NCBI GenBank assembly: GCA_002269645.1
Contig: NIVC01003001.1
Span: 62,346 to 126,345 of the forward strand
DNA length: 64,000 nucleotides
Source: Macrostomum lignano
Taxonomy: Eukaryota
Direction: 5' to 3'
The notes beneath the pieces were generated by a model that did no database searches, was not told the DNA's origin, and saw nothing but the letters and a program-made list of their open reading frames with translations. The first letter of the stretch is position 1. The number at the start of each line of letters is the position of its first letter. The position numbers were made by a program, and so were the translations under genes. Shown one piece after another: positions 61,994 to 64,000 of the stretch.

Positions 61994-62832
61994 GCCCAGC
62001 AACGCGAAGACAAAATACTCGACAAGATTAGTAACGTAGAAGTCGTTTTCGCGTGAGTAGTGAATGACAGGCTATACACCAGCAAGTAGACCTAGCCTTT
62101 TAAGAAATGTAAGATGATCTTAATGTTGAATGTATCAAAAACTTTACATTAGCACTAACCAAATAACCCTTCCAAATAAAAATAGAAGCGTTTATATCGT
62201 GCTTTAAAAAAGATTTTTTCAACGGCCAGTAGTAACAAGTATAAATCTGTTAAAATACAAAAACTTTTTTGTTTAACATTTGTACAATATTTTTACGTGT
62301 ACACACAGTTTTTTATTATCGTGTGCTTTTTATTAATGTCACAGTATTACGAGTGTCCACAACTCGTACAATCGAGTATAGGTGCAATGTTTTTCAGGTA
62401 TAAGGCATACGAATAAACATTGTCAACTGCAACTAGACGCAGCGGTGTTGGAACATATATTTGTCGGAACAAAGTGGGTGGGGGTTATTGGGTGATAGGG
62501 CACATTGCACATGATTTTTTATAAATCTAAGGGCACCCTTACTCCTGCTGGTATGTCAGTTTGTGACATTAGTTGTGAAAACCAGGCCAATATTCGATTC
62601 TGTGTTGGAAGTGGCCAAAATTCTGAAAAATGTTTGAATTCTAAAACTAATTAGAACATTGCGCAACTGCACTTGCACAATCAATTTATTTAGCAAATAT
62701 CTCAAATGAATAAAAATTGCCAGGGCAAGACCAGTAGTTTTCTGGATCTCTTGCCTGCCTTCTGCCTGGCTGCCTGCCTCTTGGCGCTGTCTCTTTATTC
62801 TTTATCTGACGGCATTTTAGTGCTTTTAGTTG

Positions 62833-63480
62833 CAGTACCCTGAGGGCCAAATGTTGGCCGCAAAGCCTCTCTATCCGGCCCTTGGGTCCTTTGAATCTTC
62901 ACAATAGCAATCCGGCCCGCTCGATGTTTGTGTCTCTTCTCAGCTCTCTTCCCTCACCTCTCTCCTGTCCTCTCCCCTCCTCTCCTCTCCTCTCCTAGCT
63001 CTCTCCTTTCCTCTCCTCTCATTACCTCTCTCCTCTCCTCTCCTCACCTCTCTCCTCTCATCTCACCTCTCTCCTCTCCTTTCATCTCACCTCTCTCCTC
63101 TCCTCTCATCTCACCTCTCTCCTCTCCTCTCATCTCCTCACCTCTCTCCTCTCCTCTCATCTCCTCACCTCTCTCCTCTCCTCTCATCTCCTCACCTCTC
63201 TCCTCTCCTCTCATCTCCTCACCTCTCTCCTCTCCTCTCATCTCCTCACCTCTCTCCTCTCCTCTCATCTCCCGTTTCCTCTCCATTCTCTTCTCCCTTC
63301 CCTCCTCTCTCCTCCTTCTTATTTAGACTCTCCTCTCCTCATTTATCTCTCCTCTCCTCTCTCATCTCCTATTTTATCTCTCTTTCTCGTCTACTCTCTT
63401 CTCCTTTATTCCTTCGCCTCTCCTTTCTCCTGCGCTCGTATATTTCTCTTCTCTATTCCCTAATCCTCTCTCCCTATAGC
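62833..63480. mobile_element. Second, inverted copy of the GA-tract element family
   Basis: 62860-62925 is the reverse complement of 57885-57950 (GGCCGGATTGCTATTGTGAAG..TCAAAGGACCC) and is followed by a CT-rich tract at 62930-63470. Far end and TSD not resolved. Confidence 0.65.
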
Positions 63481-64000
63481 CCGCAGTCATCAGGGACTCC
63501 TGGGCGCGCGTTCGCTTAGGGGGCTCAGCGAAGGCGGACCCATGCAGAAGGGCAGTCATGCACTGTTCTCAATCTGGCCCTTGAGGTAAAAAGTTTGCTG
63601 ACCTCTAAAAGCACTACTAGGCTTAGGCACATTAGCCAAAAACCGGCCGACACTTGCTTAAAATTCAAAAAGGGCACTTGCAGGATCATGCTAAAAAGTG
63701 GGGGGGGGCTCCACCCCCCATGCCCCCCCAATCTGAAGTGTCAATCTGAAGACACTAAAATACGATACTCTCACTCTGAAGACACTATAAAAATACGGTA
63801 TCCGTCACTCTGAAGACACTAAAATACGCGGGACTGTCACTCCAAAGACACTGAAATACGGTATCGTCACTCCGAAGACACAGATGCATGGACATCACTT
63901 TAAAGACCTACAATCAAAACCGTTAGCTAATAGTTAGCTAACTCTTAGCAGCGGCGTCCGTAGCAACGATTCACTGACCGCATTGGTGACGTGCATCAGG

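Overview
Eukaryotic (metazoan) genomic DNA with spliceosomal GT-AG introns, GC-rich exons and introns filled with minisatellites. The style resembles the flatworm Macrostomum, but that is my inference and was not verified. Recognisable genes: SRRT/Ars2 (+, 6 exons, 5631-11240); an insect-AANAT-like GNAT acetyltransferase (-, 2 exons); a BBOX1-like gamma-butyrobetaine dioxygenase (+, two apparent 1-nt frameshifts, last exon not found, adjacent to an N gap); actin (+, 2 exons, two upstream CArG boxes); and UNC119 (-, 5 exons). Gene models I reconstructed by hand: a ~859-aa orphan secreted-type protein (-, 7 exons, 13600-21686); a 276-aa hypothetical protein (+); and a Pro-rich adaptor with what appear to be three tandem divergent SH2 domains (+, 39507-46455). 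Mobile DNA: several MITE/foldback elements (one inside a (TAG)n tract), hAT-like shells that carry internal tandem arrays, two tRNA-derived SINE copies, and a decayed APE-RT-RNase H LINE interrupted by a 216-bp solo LTR. Most long ORFs in the supplied track are artefacts of tandem repeats or antisense shadows of GC-biased exons. All coordinates were counted by hand and splice models are predictions.
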